64,000 nucleotides of DNA, from the NCBI GenBank assembly GCA_013239625.1, contig MU054220.1, positions 5,936,626-6,000,625 on the forward strand. The letters are read 5' to 3'. The position numbers were made by a program, and so were the translations under genes. The first letter of the stretch is position 1, and each line of letters opens with the position of its first letter. Below, in pieces: positions 51,001-63,190 of the stretch. Source of the stretch: Lama guanicoe (Eukaryota). The notes below the pieces were generated by a model, which worked only from the letters and a program-made list of their open reading frames with translations, ran no database searches and was not told the origin of the DNA.

Positions 51001-51509
51001 AGATAATCCTGTGAACAAGTGTGGTAAAGACTTTAAGGCTGAAATGTATCCAAGCTGGGACTTGCCTTTTCACATATCACCTAACGTTCTCACAGTATGG
51101 TCCATATGATCCATGTACCTCCGCTGGTGCTTATCTGAGTTCACCCGGAGATGAGTGCAGAAAGAGAAATGGAACATTTAGGAGTTTTCAAAAACAATTT
51201 GCCATTGCCATAGAAGTACAGGATTTTGTGTTGTCCAATCCATAATGGATTGAAAAAGAATTGGTTCTTGCACAGATAATCAGAGAGCACCCCAGTGTCT
51301 CCCACACGGGGTATGTAGCCTATAGATGTGTTGATTTTGCAACTGGAGTCAGACCTTCTGTTTGTATTTGTCTTGTTCCCAATTCCCCTCATCTCACTGG
51401 ACATTTTCCTTAACTGCATTTTGATCTCAATATTTTGATGTTGCATCTTAATCTTGACCTGTTAAAAGACCTGTTATCAGATCATAGAAATTAACCCCAT
51501 GAAGTCTAG

Positions 51510-51725
51510 AGCACCAGTGGGCAAGCGTAGCCCACCAGCAAACCTGGCTCTCTGCCTATTTTGTAAATGAAATTTTTGTTTCAGCACAGCCATGCTCCTT
51601 TGTCTCCATTTCATCCATGGCTGAGTTTTTGCTACCACAGCAGAGTTGACTAGATGCCACAAAAATTGTATGGTTTCAAATCCTAAAATATTTACTAACT
51701 GGCCCTTCATAGTAAAATTTTGTAT
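51510..51725 (+). mobile_element. MER58A-like hAT-Charlie MITE
   Basis: CTGCCTATTTTGTAAATGAAATTTT..CACAGCCATGCTC..GCAGAGTTGA.TAG..CCTAAAATATTTACTAACTGGCCCTT; preceded by TCTAGA, the Charlie target preference. Confidence 0.85.
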
Positions 51726-52479
51726 GGCAAGTGATTAAGTCTCAAAATGGAAATTATGTAACCAGGTACCCACAATTCTTATTTTTTCCTGAAAGGCTAG
51801 CCGGGAAGCAATCTGGGGCCATGCTGGGCTTCAGGATGACATTGAGAAGAAAGAAGGCTCCCAAATTACTATTTTCACACATACTTTGGACAGGTATGAA
51901 AGAAAGTTTAGAACACATACTGCATTAAATAATGTCTTACATAGTTTTTTTGTTATGTTTTGTTTTGTTTTTAGTTTAATGCAGATAAGTTTGCAAGCTA
52001 ATGAAATTTGATGGAAAAAATATCATCCTTGTTAATTATTTTAAAAGACACCAGGTTTACATCTTAGAGATGGTGACACCTACATAAATACACAGGAGAA
52101 GTTAAAGTTATTGCAGTTGACAATTTCTTTAAAAATATTTTTTATTTTCTGCTTGGGATTCTAAAAGCTTCAGGACAATCAAAAGAGAAGATTTTGGCCT
52201 GAAAAGTAGTAGGTTCTTGGATTGATATATCTGGAATTACAGAAAAAGGAAAAGATGTTAAGTAAAACTATGTTTCCTCTTCTCTCTCTATTTCTTGCTA
52301 CATTTTTGTGTAGCAAGTGGGTGTCAGTGTGGAGTTCGTCTACTGGCACATACCGTGTTGCACACTACACATTTCCACACTCAGCTATATTCTCAGAAGC
52401 AAAATAACTCAGAAGCTAAAGATAAAAGAAAAAAAACGAGAACTAACTTGTGGCTTAAGTCCTTTGTAAAAGAAGGAAG

Positions 52480-52640
52480 GGCATATTATTAATCTATAAA
52501 ATAAACTTAAGTGGTAGGTAAGATTACCTCCACTTTACAAATGAAGAAATTGAAATTGAGAGAAATTATATAACTTGCCAAAGTCACATAGCTAGTAAAT
52601 GAAGGGAAATGAATTTCTATCTAAGTGTGTTCTTCCTACT
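52480..52640 (-). mobile_element. MIR SINE
   Basis: CTCCACTTTACAAATGAAGAAATTGA..TAACTTGCCAAAGTCACATAGCTAGTAAATG. Confidence 0.8.
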
Positions 52641-53669
52641 CTCCTAGCTAAAGTTTGATAAAAATAAATACCACTTCAGAATATAAATTCAGATGGAAGA
52701 AAAGGAAAATGAGCAAAATTGGGATTCATGGAGGTTAAAAAAATCCTCAGCCCAATATAGACAAGATCAGGTGGGGAAAGAATGCAAGAAGCTGATTATA
52801 TAGATGTGAAGGAAAAAAAAGCCAGCAGTTATCAGAGTGATGCTGGGGAGAGACAAGGGTTAGAGGCATATTGAATATATTTTGAATAATAAAACAGGGT
52901 CACATTTTCAAGTCTCTGCATACATATATATTTATGAATACATATTATCAACAATGAAACAAAACATCTGCAGCCCACACCTAGAAGAATGTAAGGGACC
53001 GTAAACAGTCCTCTGGCTCACCAGGATCTGCTGGTAATTCAGAAACAAATTCGTGTATCAACGCTTTGTTGCTCATAAATCCAGCTGCAGGTGAATAATG
53101 TTTGCAAATCATAATATGTTGGAAATGTGTACTTATTACACCAGAACCTGAGCTTTTCAAAGTCATTGCAAGGGTACATTTTATTCAACTATCTTAAGAA
53201 AAGGAATCTTTTTTTCCCTATTCAGCTGTCTTTTAGGAAAAAGATTCTCTGTATGTGTGTGTGTATCTGACCTCCCTCCCCTCTCTTTTTATGCAAATCT
53301 TAATCAAACCTAGATACCTATTTATGGATGTGAGTAAGAGACCACAATTTCTATAATGATCCTACAGTTCACCATTTTTGAGAGAAGCTTTTGACTCAGA
53401 ATCAAATAATTTGGAAAGATGGATTTTGTTTGCTTATTTATTTCTATATTATATTGACAACTGCTTCTTATTTGTGATCCAAAGGCCAGTTTCAAGATAC
53501 AAAGAAACAGACTGCTGAACCTACAGGTGAGTCATCCAGAAACTCATCTGCCCTTGCCCACCTTCCTGGGCACTTTAGAATTCAGACACTGGCAAAGGCT
53601 CCCACAGGAACATGTCACTGTAAGAATCCTGGAGCCATGGAGACCTGCAAGTCCACCAGTCCACTCAGC

Positions 53670-54900
53670 TATTCCTCAGACCCTACAACACAACACAAAC
53701 ATGTTTAAACCCAACTTTTTTTCTGGATGAAATCCTCTACTGCTCATGTTTCTCTGTCCCAGAGAAAGAATCTCCCATCTACCCAATGTTCCAAGCTAGA
53801 CAGCTGGGTTTCATCCTTTCCTCCCCGTCATCATCAGCACTGACACCTGGTTGTCTGTCTATATGTTTTAACCAGTTCTTCTTGATCCTATCTTTCTTAA
53901 CCCATCGACTTCTGTCCATTTCCAGTGTCATGGCTTTTTGCCGGTGACATTTCCCAGGGATTGCTGGCAACTGCCTCAAACTGCTCTCCACCCTCCCATT
54001 TTTGTCTCTCTCCGATTTATTCTTCATGCAGCAACCAGAGCACTTTTTCCCCCTAAAATTTGTCCATGTCATTCCTTTATTTAAGAGTTACCATTGACTC
54101 TAAGAATCAAATCCTGAAGCAGTAACTTGGTCTACAGCACTCAGTCCTCCTGCTTTATCTCTCATTGTTTGCATTCCTCTGAGCAACTTAATAGAATTCA
54201 CCAGAAGTACAATCTCATTCACTTCCAAGCCTTTACTGCTATTCCTATTCTTTCTAGAACATGATTCTACTCTTCTTCAAAAGATTAGCACATATGTATC
54301 CTTCAGGATCCAGTTTAGAATTTAATCTGGAAAATTTTTCTTGATTGATTCCCTAACCCCCATCCCCTGCACCTTGCCATGTGCGCACATGCACACACAC
54401 ACACGCACCACTTGTCCCTCTGCCTTGCTTAGGTGCACCTCTGTATTTCCTTTACAAAACACTTGGCATTTGTATTAATTTCCTATTGCTAGACAAGTAT
54501 AGGCTTAAAACAACAAGAATTTATTATTCTGGAGTTCTGGAGGTCATGGATCTCACTGGGTGATCGGATTCTCATCATGAGGTCAGCTGATTAGCGATCG
54601 TCACTCCATTCACATCTAAATTTCCTTTTGCCGTGTAAGGTAACACATTCACAGGTTCTAGGGATTAGGAAGTAGACTTCTGATGGTGGGAGGGCAGGCT
54701 ATTTTTCCTATCACAAGCATTGTGTGTTTACTTGTCTATAAACACTCTCTTCTGCACCCTTGCCCCGGCATCACACAGACCATATAAGTGTAGATTTTGT
54801 GAAGAAAAGGATGATGTTTTTCCTCTTATCAGTGGTTTGGTGTCGAGCAAAATGCCTAGTATGTAGTAGGTCAACATATATCTTGAGAGAATTTACTAAT
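53670..54900 (+). mobile_element. L2 LINE 3' region interrupted by an internally deleted MLT1 LTR (~54470-54716)
   Basis: L2: CAACACAAACATGTTTAAACC..GGCAACTGCCTC..CATGTCATTCCTTT..TGCCTAGTATGTAGTAGG. MLT1: TGTATTAATTTCCTATTGCT..GGCTTAAAACAACA..GGTCAGCTGATTAGC..CACAGGTTCTAGGGATTAGGA. Confidence 0.7.
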
Positions 54901-55404
54901 GACTGACTCAGAGCATCTATGGACTACTTCAGTTCTGTACCAATCGTTTTGATGGAAGACATCACTTAACTTGTTCTAGAAAAGAAGGAAATATGTCTGA
55001 ATCCCTATAACTTCCTCTAGCAATACTGTGCCCCTAATTACTGTAGTATTAAAGTGTTCTGCCCTAGGGGAAGCAGGGCAAAGATCTCAGCAGTAAGATA
55101 ACTGTCTCCACAGTATCTTCTCCAATGTGATGAAAAGGAATAGTTACAATTTGCCTTGAAATATATGATGTTGACGAATATGATGCGGCATTATGCTACG
55201 GATTTGAGAGGGACACAGTCCGACCAGGCCCTCTTGTCAGTGTCAGATCTGCATCTTATTTAAAATTTCTTTCTTATACCTATGAGTGAAAGCTTGAGAT
55301 TCTTATGCAATGTCGTGAAATGAAATAAAACAGTGACAGCGACCTATATTTCCTTTACAGCTGATTTCATCTGCTGTCCTATATTGCACTGATTCTCTAC
55401 TTTG

Positions 55405-55657
55405 TCAAGATTAATATTTTGGACTAGATAATTTTCTGTGAGAAGGGACCTGTCCTGTGCACTGGAGGATTTTTTTTCCATTTTTATTGAGAATGGGGGG
55501 ATGTTCAGCAGCATCTTTGGTCTTTACCTACTAGATGCCAGTAAGATCTTTCTCAGCTGTGACAACTAAGAATTTCTCCAGATATTTATTATTAAATCAT
55601 ACTGGGGGTGGGGAGGGCACAGTGAGCGGTCAAATCACTACCAGTTGAGAGGTACTG
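55405..55657 (+). mobile_element. MER20 hAT-Charlie MITE
   Basis: ATTTTGGACTAGATAATTT..CTGTCCTGTGCACT..GATGTTCAGCAGCATC..CTACTAGATGCCAGTA..GTGACAACTAA..CCAGTTGAGA..ACTG. Confidence 0.85.
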
Positions 55658-56959
55658 ATATAATGGGTTAGATAAAATTTAAGACAGTTACACTGTTTAT
55701 CCTTTAAGGATTCTTGGATATTATATTTGGGACAAGAAGCTCTAATAATGCGTGTGAGTGTGCGTTTGTGTGAGGGGTCACATGATGTAAGGATGGCATA
55801 ATCCCTGAGCCCCACGCACAAGGACACGTTGACGGACCATAACTAGCATCCAAACTGGGAAGATTCTGCCTCTTGTCCCTCTTTCTAAACTCTTCTCAAG
55901 GATAAGAATTCTTTTATCTCCCACTTTCTTTGTTCAGTCGTAAATACCAGTATCTCCCCATGCATGAAGCTATTAGGAAGCTTACACAGATGGAGGTCTC
56001 CTCTTCTTTTCCCTCTTTCTCCCTTTCAATGTGCCCATGAGGGCATCACGATAACCTTTCAAATGAACACACTTACGTGTGTCATGTAGAATAACGGCTG
56101 CTTTCAAAAGCTGACCCAGACAAACCGGTCCTGTCCAGGCTGTTTCCTTCTTCCCCAAGTGCCAAGCTCCCTGTGCTTTCAGGAGATACAGGTGACCGAT
56201 TCTGAACCACGTTATTTGTTTACACTGACCACCTAATGAGCAACAGAACTGCCCCGTAATTGGTTTTATTGGCTTTCCCTGAAAGCTGCATGGAGTATAA
56301 CCACCAAAAAGTGTCTCTCTGCCTCCAGTGCAAATTGCTTTCAATTTTTTGGTTGCCTGATAAGCTGGGAAGAGAGAAATGTTTTAAGCACATAATCCTA
56401 GAGCCCATCATTAGGAGTGATTTTATTTTCTTATCTCCTGGCATGTGTTTCCAAGCAGTTTGTGCCTTTAATCAATAATTTATGATTCCATACAGAAAAA
56501 AATCCAGACTACTTTTTTATTTGTTGATTTGGAATGATTTCCCTTTTTTTTCAAGATAAGCTTGCTGGCTGGGTCTGTAATGTACATGATTTTGGGGGAC
56601 TGTAAAGGAAATTTGACCTAATCTTACCCCTAATGTTTTTCTAATGTTCAACTTAGAGATTTATTTCATTGGCAAAGATTTGGAAAATTAATCAAATTTG
56701 GATGAAATGTGTTATCTTCACATAATAATATTTTTGAAGCATGATCTGTAGTAGATAGGAGTGAGAAAAGAACATTGATTGACTATTAGTAGGAATAGAG
56801 TAGAGAGAAACCAAGAAGAGAGTTCTGGAAAGTACCGAAGCTCACCATCGCCAACTTAGCAGTTTATCTCCAGTGAGTTCCAAGTACTACAGTACATTTC
56901 ATTTGGCTAAATTAAGTGTGTATGTTTAAGCTCTTATTAAACAGTCTCTCCTAGGGCAG

Positions 56960-57352
56960 GTCTTTTTTTTTTTTTTTTAAAGAAAAACAGACTGTTCGGG
57001 ATAATCTCAAATGATTACATTTCCCCTTCCTTTTATGAAACACAAGATTTTTCTCCAGTATTCACGGTGAGAACCCAGTCAAGCTCCTGGATGTAAAACT
57101 CATGAAGTGTAGTCATCTTCCTATGACTGAGCCCCTCTCGAGTTTTTAATTCCCAGACTTTTCCTCACCCAGCCTCGGGCAATTCATCGGTTACAGTTGA
57201 GATTGCTCTTCCCTGGCGCTGGTTCCCACGGAGGTTCTGCTCTTGGGTTTCTGCTTTGGGAAGTTGTAATTATCTGGGTTTTTCTCTCTGTCTCTCCAGT
57301 TTTGGAAACTGCAGTATGCCTTGTGATCTCATTTCTCTGAAGGATCTAAGAA
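56960..57352 (-). mobile_element. Old L1 (L1M4/L1MB-like) 5'-UTR segment
   Basis: GAGAACCCAGTCAAGCTCCTGGATGTAAAACTCATGAA..CTGGTTCCCACGGAGGTT..TCTCTCCAGTTTTGG..TGTGATCTCATTTCTCTGAAGGATCTAAGAA, recalled as an L1M 5' region. Confidence 0.6.
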
Positions 57353-58920
57353 CAATGTATGAAAAGAATTATACATCATGACCAAGTACTTTTTACCCCA
57401 AGTAAGCAAAGCTGTTTCAACATTTGAAAATCAATGAATGTAATTCATCACATCAATAGGCTACCTATTGATAGAAAAATCACACGATCCTATCAATAGA
57501 CACTGAAAAAGCATTTGACAAAATCTAAAACCTATTCACAAGGAATAAAGGGGACTTTCCTCAACTTGATAAAGAATATCTACAAAAAATTCTATAGCTA
57601 ACATCGTGCTTAATGGTGAGAAACTTGAAGCTTTCCCTCTAATACCAGGAACAAAGCAAACTTGCAGGATACAAGGTTAATATACAAAAGTCAGCTGATC
57701 TCTTATAATATTAGCAATGAACAAGTGGAATTTGAAATTAAAAACAATGCCATTTATATTAACACCCAAATATGAAATACTTAGATACAAATTTATCAAA
57801 CATGTACAAGATGTATATGAGAAAAACTATAAAACTCTAATAAAAAAAAAAAGCCAAGAGCTAAATAAATGGAGAGATATTCCACGCACACAGGTAGGAA
57901 CACTCAATATTGTCAAGATGCCTGTTTTTCTCAACTTGATCTATAAATTCAACACAATCCTAACCAAAATTCCAGCAAATTATTTTAAAGATATTATTAA
58001 AATGATTCTAAAGTTTCTATGGAAAACAAAAGACCCAGAATAGCCAACATAATATTGAGGGAGAACAAAGTCAGTTGACTGACACTATCTGACTTTAAGA
58101 CTTTTTACAAAGCTACAATAATGAAAACAGTGTAGTATTGGTGAAAGAAGAGGCAAACAGATCAATGTGACAGAATGAAGAGCCAGAAATAGACCCACAT
58201 AAATGTAGTCAGCTGATCATTGTAAAGGAGGACTGGCAATAAAATGGAACATGATAATCTTTTCAACAAATGCTGCTGGAATAACCGTACATTCACAAGC
58301 AAAAAAATAAAACTTGACACAGACATTACATTCTTCACAGAAATTAGCTTAAGTCGAACTATATACCTAAACATAAAATGCAAAACTATAAAATTCCTAG
58401 AAGATAATGTAGAAAACTTGAAAGATCTTGGATATCATTATAACTCTTTAAGTATAACACCAAATAAATAAATGATCCACAAAAGACATAACTGATATAT
58501 TAAAAAGAAAAACTTCTGTTTTGTACAAAATAGGAAAATTAAAAGATAAGCCACAGACTGAGAGAAAATATTTGCAAAAGTCACATTTAATAATGGACTG
58601 TTATCCAAAATATATAAATAACTTTTAAAACTCAATATGAAGAAAACCAACAGTCCAATTAAAACTGGGCAAAAGACCTGAATGTGTTTCTCACCAAAGA
58701 AGATATACAGATGGAAAATAAGCATATTAATAGATGCTCAACCATCATAAATATGCCATTAGGGAACTGCAAGTCAAAACAACAAGAGACCACTACCTAC
58801 CTAACAATATTGCCAAAATCTAAAACACTGATGACAAATGCCAACAAGGATATGAAGCAACAGGAACTCTCATTCCTTGCTGGTGGGAATGCAAAATAGT
58901 AAAGCTATTTTGGAAGGATA
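57353..58920 (+). mobile_element. Old L1 (L1MB/MC-like) ORF2 fragment, degenerate
   Basis: Remnants KRIIHHDQ, EKAFDKI, LNKWRDIP..LNIVKMP..IYKFNTI and LFNKCCWNN, with many stops and frameshifts and an internal deletion near 57660. Confidence 0.9.
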
Positions 58921-58929
58921 CAGATACCG

Positions 58930-61250
58930 AAACACTTAATAAAATTTTACCTAATAAAAACTGTAGTTTATTAAAACACGTGTGATCAAATCATATTTAA
59001 CCTAGGATTTTTTTCCACTTACCAGAGAATTAATCCATGTAATTTCCCTAATTTATTAACCAAAGAAGGAAAAAATAAATCATGGGTTTTTTTTTTCAAT
59101 AAAGTAAAAGCATCTGAGAAAAATTGATACTATGTTTATTTCCAATATCAAAAAAAAAGAAAAAACCTCTTTGTACTTTAGGAACTTCCTCAACCTGATT
59201 AAAAGTCATTTCCAAAATCCTGCAGCAAGTGTAATTCCTAATGGAAAACATTAGGCACTGTCTTTGCAATTGTAGATAAGTCAAGGTTGCTTAAGGACAG
59301 TATCTACAAAAGTACAGGCTGTTGCCCTGCACAACTCCAAGGACACTATTTGTGGGGACTGTGAGCAGGGCAGAATCAACAAGACTGTGAAGTGACACTA
59401 TCACTGCTACTCTTTCATACACTACTGGTAGACCTGCCAATGATATGGACCAGAAAGAGATAAGATTTTCATTATTCTCAGAAGATAGAAGTATATTAGA
59501 AAAAATCAAGGAATAAGACAGTTTAGACAGTTTTCTAGTCTAAGATCAACTTACAAAAGTAAACTGGAAAACATAGTTTAAAAATGCTATACTGTGCAAA
59601 AACCAACACACAGTATCTAGGAATTAACAAAGAATTCATGATAGTATAGAGGAAAAATTAAAGCTCTGTTAAAAGAAAGATAAACTCAAAATAAGTGGTG
59701 AGACATTCTGTGCCATAGGTAAAATTAGTCACTACTATAAAGATGTCAGTTCTCCCCCAGATTAATTTTTAAAGTAAGTATAAATTCAATCAAAATCCAA
59801 TTTTTGTGAGCCTGAAAATTTTATTTTTAAATTTACATGAAAAAAATAAGAGTTCACAAATGGCTAAGCCAGTTTTTGAAAGATTAAAAAAAGGGAAGAA
59901 AAAAGAGGTCATGCTACGAAGTCATGGTATAAAGAACTGAGTACGTTTCTAGTGCAAAAACTAGCAAAGATGTATGAAGTAGGATAGAGAACCCAGAAAC
60001 AGCGCCACGTACATGTGGAAACACACTGTAAGATAAATATGGCTCTATAAATCAGTGAGGAAAAGTCAGACTATTTAATAGATAGTGTCTTGAAATGTGT
60101 TTCAAAATATGGGGGGAAAATCAAATTTGCTCTTCTTTTTAATACTATATACAAATGTATACTCCAGATAAATTGTAAACCAGAGTGTGAAATGTAAAAT
60201 TACAAAAGTTAATTTAGAAAATGAGAAGCACGTGTTTATGATCTGTATGTTGGAAAAGGCTTTTTGTAATAATTGTACAAAAGAAAAGACCATGTAGCAA
60301 ACATTTTAGTTATTTGATTTTGATACCAAAATTAGGGATTTTTGTTATGTTAAAGGAAATACAAACAAAGTTGAAAGACAACAAATTGGGAAAAAATTGA
60401 ATAAAACTTAATCATTTATATCTAGAACATACTAAGAACTCACAAATCAAAAAAAAAAATGCTGAAAACCCAAAGACAAAATAATAACAAAAATAGTAGT
60501 AGTGGCAGTAGTAGTAATAGTAGTAAATGTTTAAGTAGATCATTAGTATATGATAAATCATTCAGTAAGTGTTTACTGAGAATCCATATCCTGCCAAAAA
60601 ATAGACCCAGGGATACCTCATTAAACATAACAGTCAAAAATCCCTGCCTTTGTAGAAGGCATATGATTTCATATTTAATACAACCAAAATATAAATTTAA
60701 ACAATTAAGTATCACTTTGCATGCATCAGATTAGGAGACATTAAAAAGCTGAGTGATGCCAAGTATGAAGTTACAGGAATCTTGAGTATTACTTCCTTGA
60801 GTCAAGATTGGTGCAATCATTCTTTAAAGAAATCTTCCAAGCAATTCTTAGTCAAATGCTCTCTGAGTATGCCCTATGGCTAGATAGTGTCCTAGAGAAT
60901 GGATCCATAGGGTGTGTGTATAAGGATGCTCAACAGTGTTGTTTGGAAAAGGATGAAGTTGTAGACAGTCTCCATGTTATCACTGGGGTAGGATGATTAA
61001 TATGCCACAGACACACACTCTGTAAATGATGCATCAACTAAGATTAAATAAAAAGGTAGATGTATACATAGCACCATGAATCAATCTTAAACACACAGCA
61101 GTAAAGGAAAACATGTTCAGAACGTGGTCTATTGTACAACATTGTTTATTTATATAAAATAAAAATACATTTATAACGTAAGACTGCATGTTACTTATAA
61201 AATTAGTGGATGTGTGCAAAAAAAAACCAATAATTACAAGGGGGAAAGAT
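58930..61250 (+). mobile_element. Very old L1 (L1ME-like) ORF2/3' end, fragmented, with nested MER91-like (~59290-59350) and L2 (~60557-60660) pieces
   Basis: GAACTTCCTCAACCTGATTAA, TATCTAGGAATTAA, AAAGATGTCAGTTCTCCCC, AGAGAACCCAGAAACAG, GCATCAGATTAGG. GCTGTTGCCCTGCACAACTCCAAGG is MER91-like. Confidence 0.7.
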
Positions 61251-62059
61251 GAGAGTGGGAAGGAAAAAATTTAAAAGGAAACTAAAAAGTGAATTAAAAG
61301 CATACCAACCATTTGCTGTAACTGAGAGGTCAGGAGAAACACCTCACGCAGAGGGTGATGTTAGGATCAAACAAGTGGCTGTGAATGCTTTTGTCAATTG
61401 TCAAGTGCACTTCTGACACTGGCATTCGTGCACATATGAAGATGGAGCAGTGTTGGCTCATCTTTACTGCGATAGGATGACTGAACTATTTCTAGGAGAA
61501 TTCCGTAAAAGATGAGAATTTGTCTTGGTCCCCGGGTCTGGACAGGCCAGAGTGCAGGCTCTCGCACGAGGACTTTGATTTACATCCTCTTCGTGGTCTC
61601 TAGGACTGCTGTGTTCCAGGGCTCCACCCCACGTCAACTCCAGCCTTCCGATTTATGCCACGTAGCATCTGGGGAAGAAGTGTATGCATGATTCTGTGCA
61701 AAGAACATCTGCCACTGGAAATGCAACTCACTGGAAATGCAGTGGCAGGTCGGTACTGGGCAAGGGAGACTGGAGACTAGAGAGTGCATTGTGAGTTACA
61801 TGTCCCTTCAGGCACTGTCACTAAGCTGCTTATGGAGTTAATTAAAATGTCACTTATTAGGGATGGCAGTCAACAAAGGTCTTTAACTTCAAGTCTAAAA
61901 GTTAATTGAGAGAAAGTGAACTTACACGAGATATCTGAAAACATTAATTATGCTCTGTGCCAACAGGTGCACGCTAAGATACTATGCATTGATACCAACT
62001 AATGTACATATAGAGAATACAAAAGAATTTTAATTTACATATTTGGCAGAAAGAGTATC

Positions 62060-62270
62060 AGACAGACAGTGGTTGAATTCTGACTTTGGATGGGCCAAGT
62101 GTTTACCCTAACTGTGCCTCAGTTTTCTCACGAGTAAAGTAAGTGCAATAAAACCTACCATCACTTGATTTTGTTTATTTGTTCTGGTGAGGATTGGAGA
62201 GCATTATCTGAAATACCCAGCACAGTATCTGCCATTTGTGAAGAGCTCAGTAATGAGCATCTGCTATTAT
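62060..62270 (+). mobile_element. MIR SINE
   Basis: TGTGCCTCAGTTTTCTCA..GTAAAGT..AACCTACC..GTGAGGATT..CCCAGCACAGTATCTG..GAGCTCAGTAA. Confidence 0.75.
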
Positions 62271-62699
62271 TACATTAAAGGGGTTTGATATGTTGACTCT
62301 TTTATCCAGAGAGTCTGTCAAATTATCCCTGCATGTTTTATAGCCTCTACGTGTGATAGTGAGATGTTCTGATTTATCTGATGTTGAATCATTTAACAGA
62401 AGGTACGTCCTAGACTCATAAATTTTGAAGTTGTAAATGTTCCAAGGAGAAAAAAAAAAGCTGTAGTTATTTCCACTTTGTACAGCAAGCAGCTGAGAGG
62501 CAGAGGGGTTTCAGAATTTCAAATCAGTAAATTACAGAAGGAAGTCTCCCACTCTGATACATTTGCCCCCTGGTGTTGTGCCCTTCTGTCATATTATTGT
62601 TATCATTTAGGGTTTTGTGTAGTTTGTCTATATGTTCAATAGAAGGCGCTGCAGGTGCATCAGAGTTAGGACAAAGGAGTTAGCATGCTAATAATCTCG

Positions 62700-63190
62700 A
62701 TGAGTTAAAAAGAAGGTGAGCGTAGAGTATACAAACAATTCTAAAATAATGAAGACTTTGGTAAATGCCATAGGAGAGAGGTACCAGTAGAGTTGCACAC
62801 AGATTCAAGTGTTTGTTGAAGACTTAGTGGAAGAGGAGCTATATCTAACAGCTTTAGAATGGGGGCCACTTAACTGTACTCATAGAAAATGAAAGGGAGA
62901 GAGAATTCTGGGTAGAGAAGTTATGAGCAAGGGCACAAAGGTTGAGAAGAATGAAATATTAGAGCACAATAAATAGTCCAGTGGCGCTTAAGAAGCATGT
63001 TCTAGGCACTAATGAGTTCTTTATTAAGGAAATAAAAGAGGGAAGGAAGGAGGGAGCTAGGAAGGAAGGAGGAGAGAGTGGTGAGAATAAACGAGGGAAA
63101 CTGAAAAAATGGAAGGCAATGCCATGAGGGGTCTGAACTAATCAGGCTGAGGGTTTTGCAATGAATTCCACAGTGAAATGAATTTAACTG
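62700..63190 (-). mobile_element. L2 LINE fragments
   Basis: GAATTCTGGGTAGAG..ATGAGCAAGGGCACAAAGG..GCCATGAGGGGTCTGAA..AGGCTGAGGGTTTTG. Confidence 0.5.
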
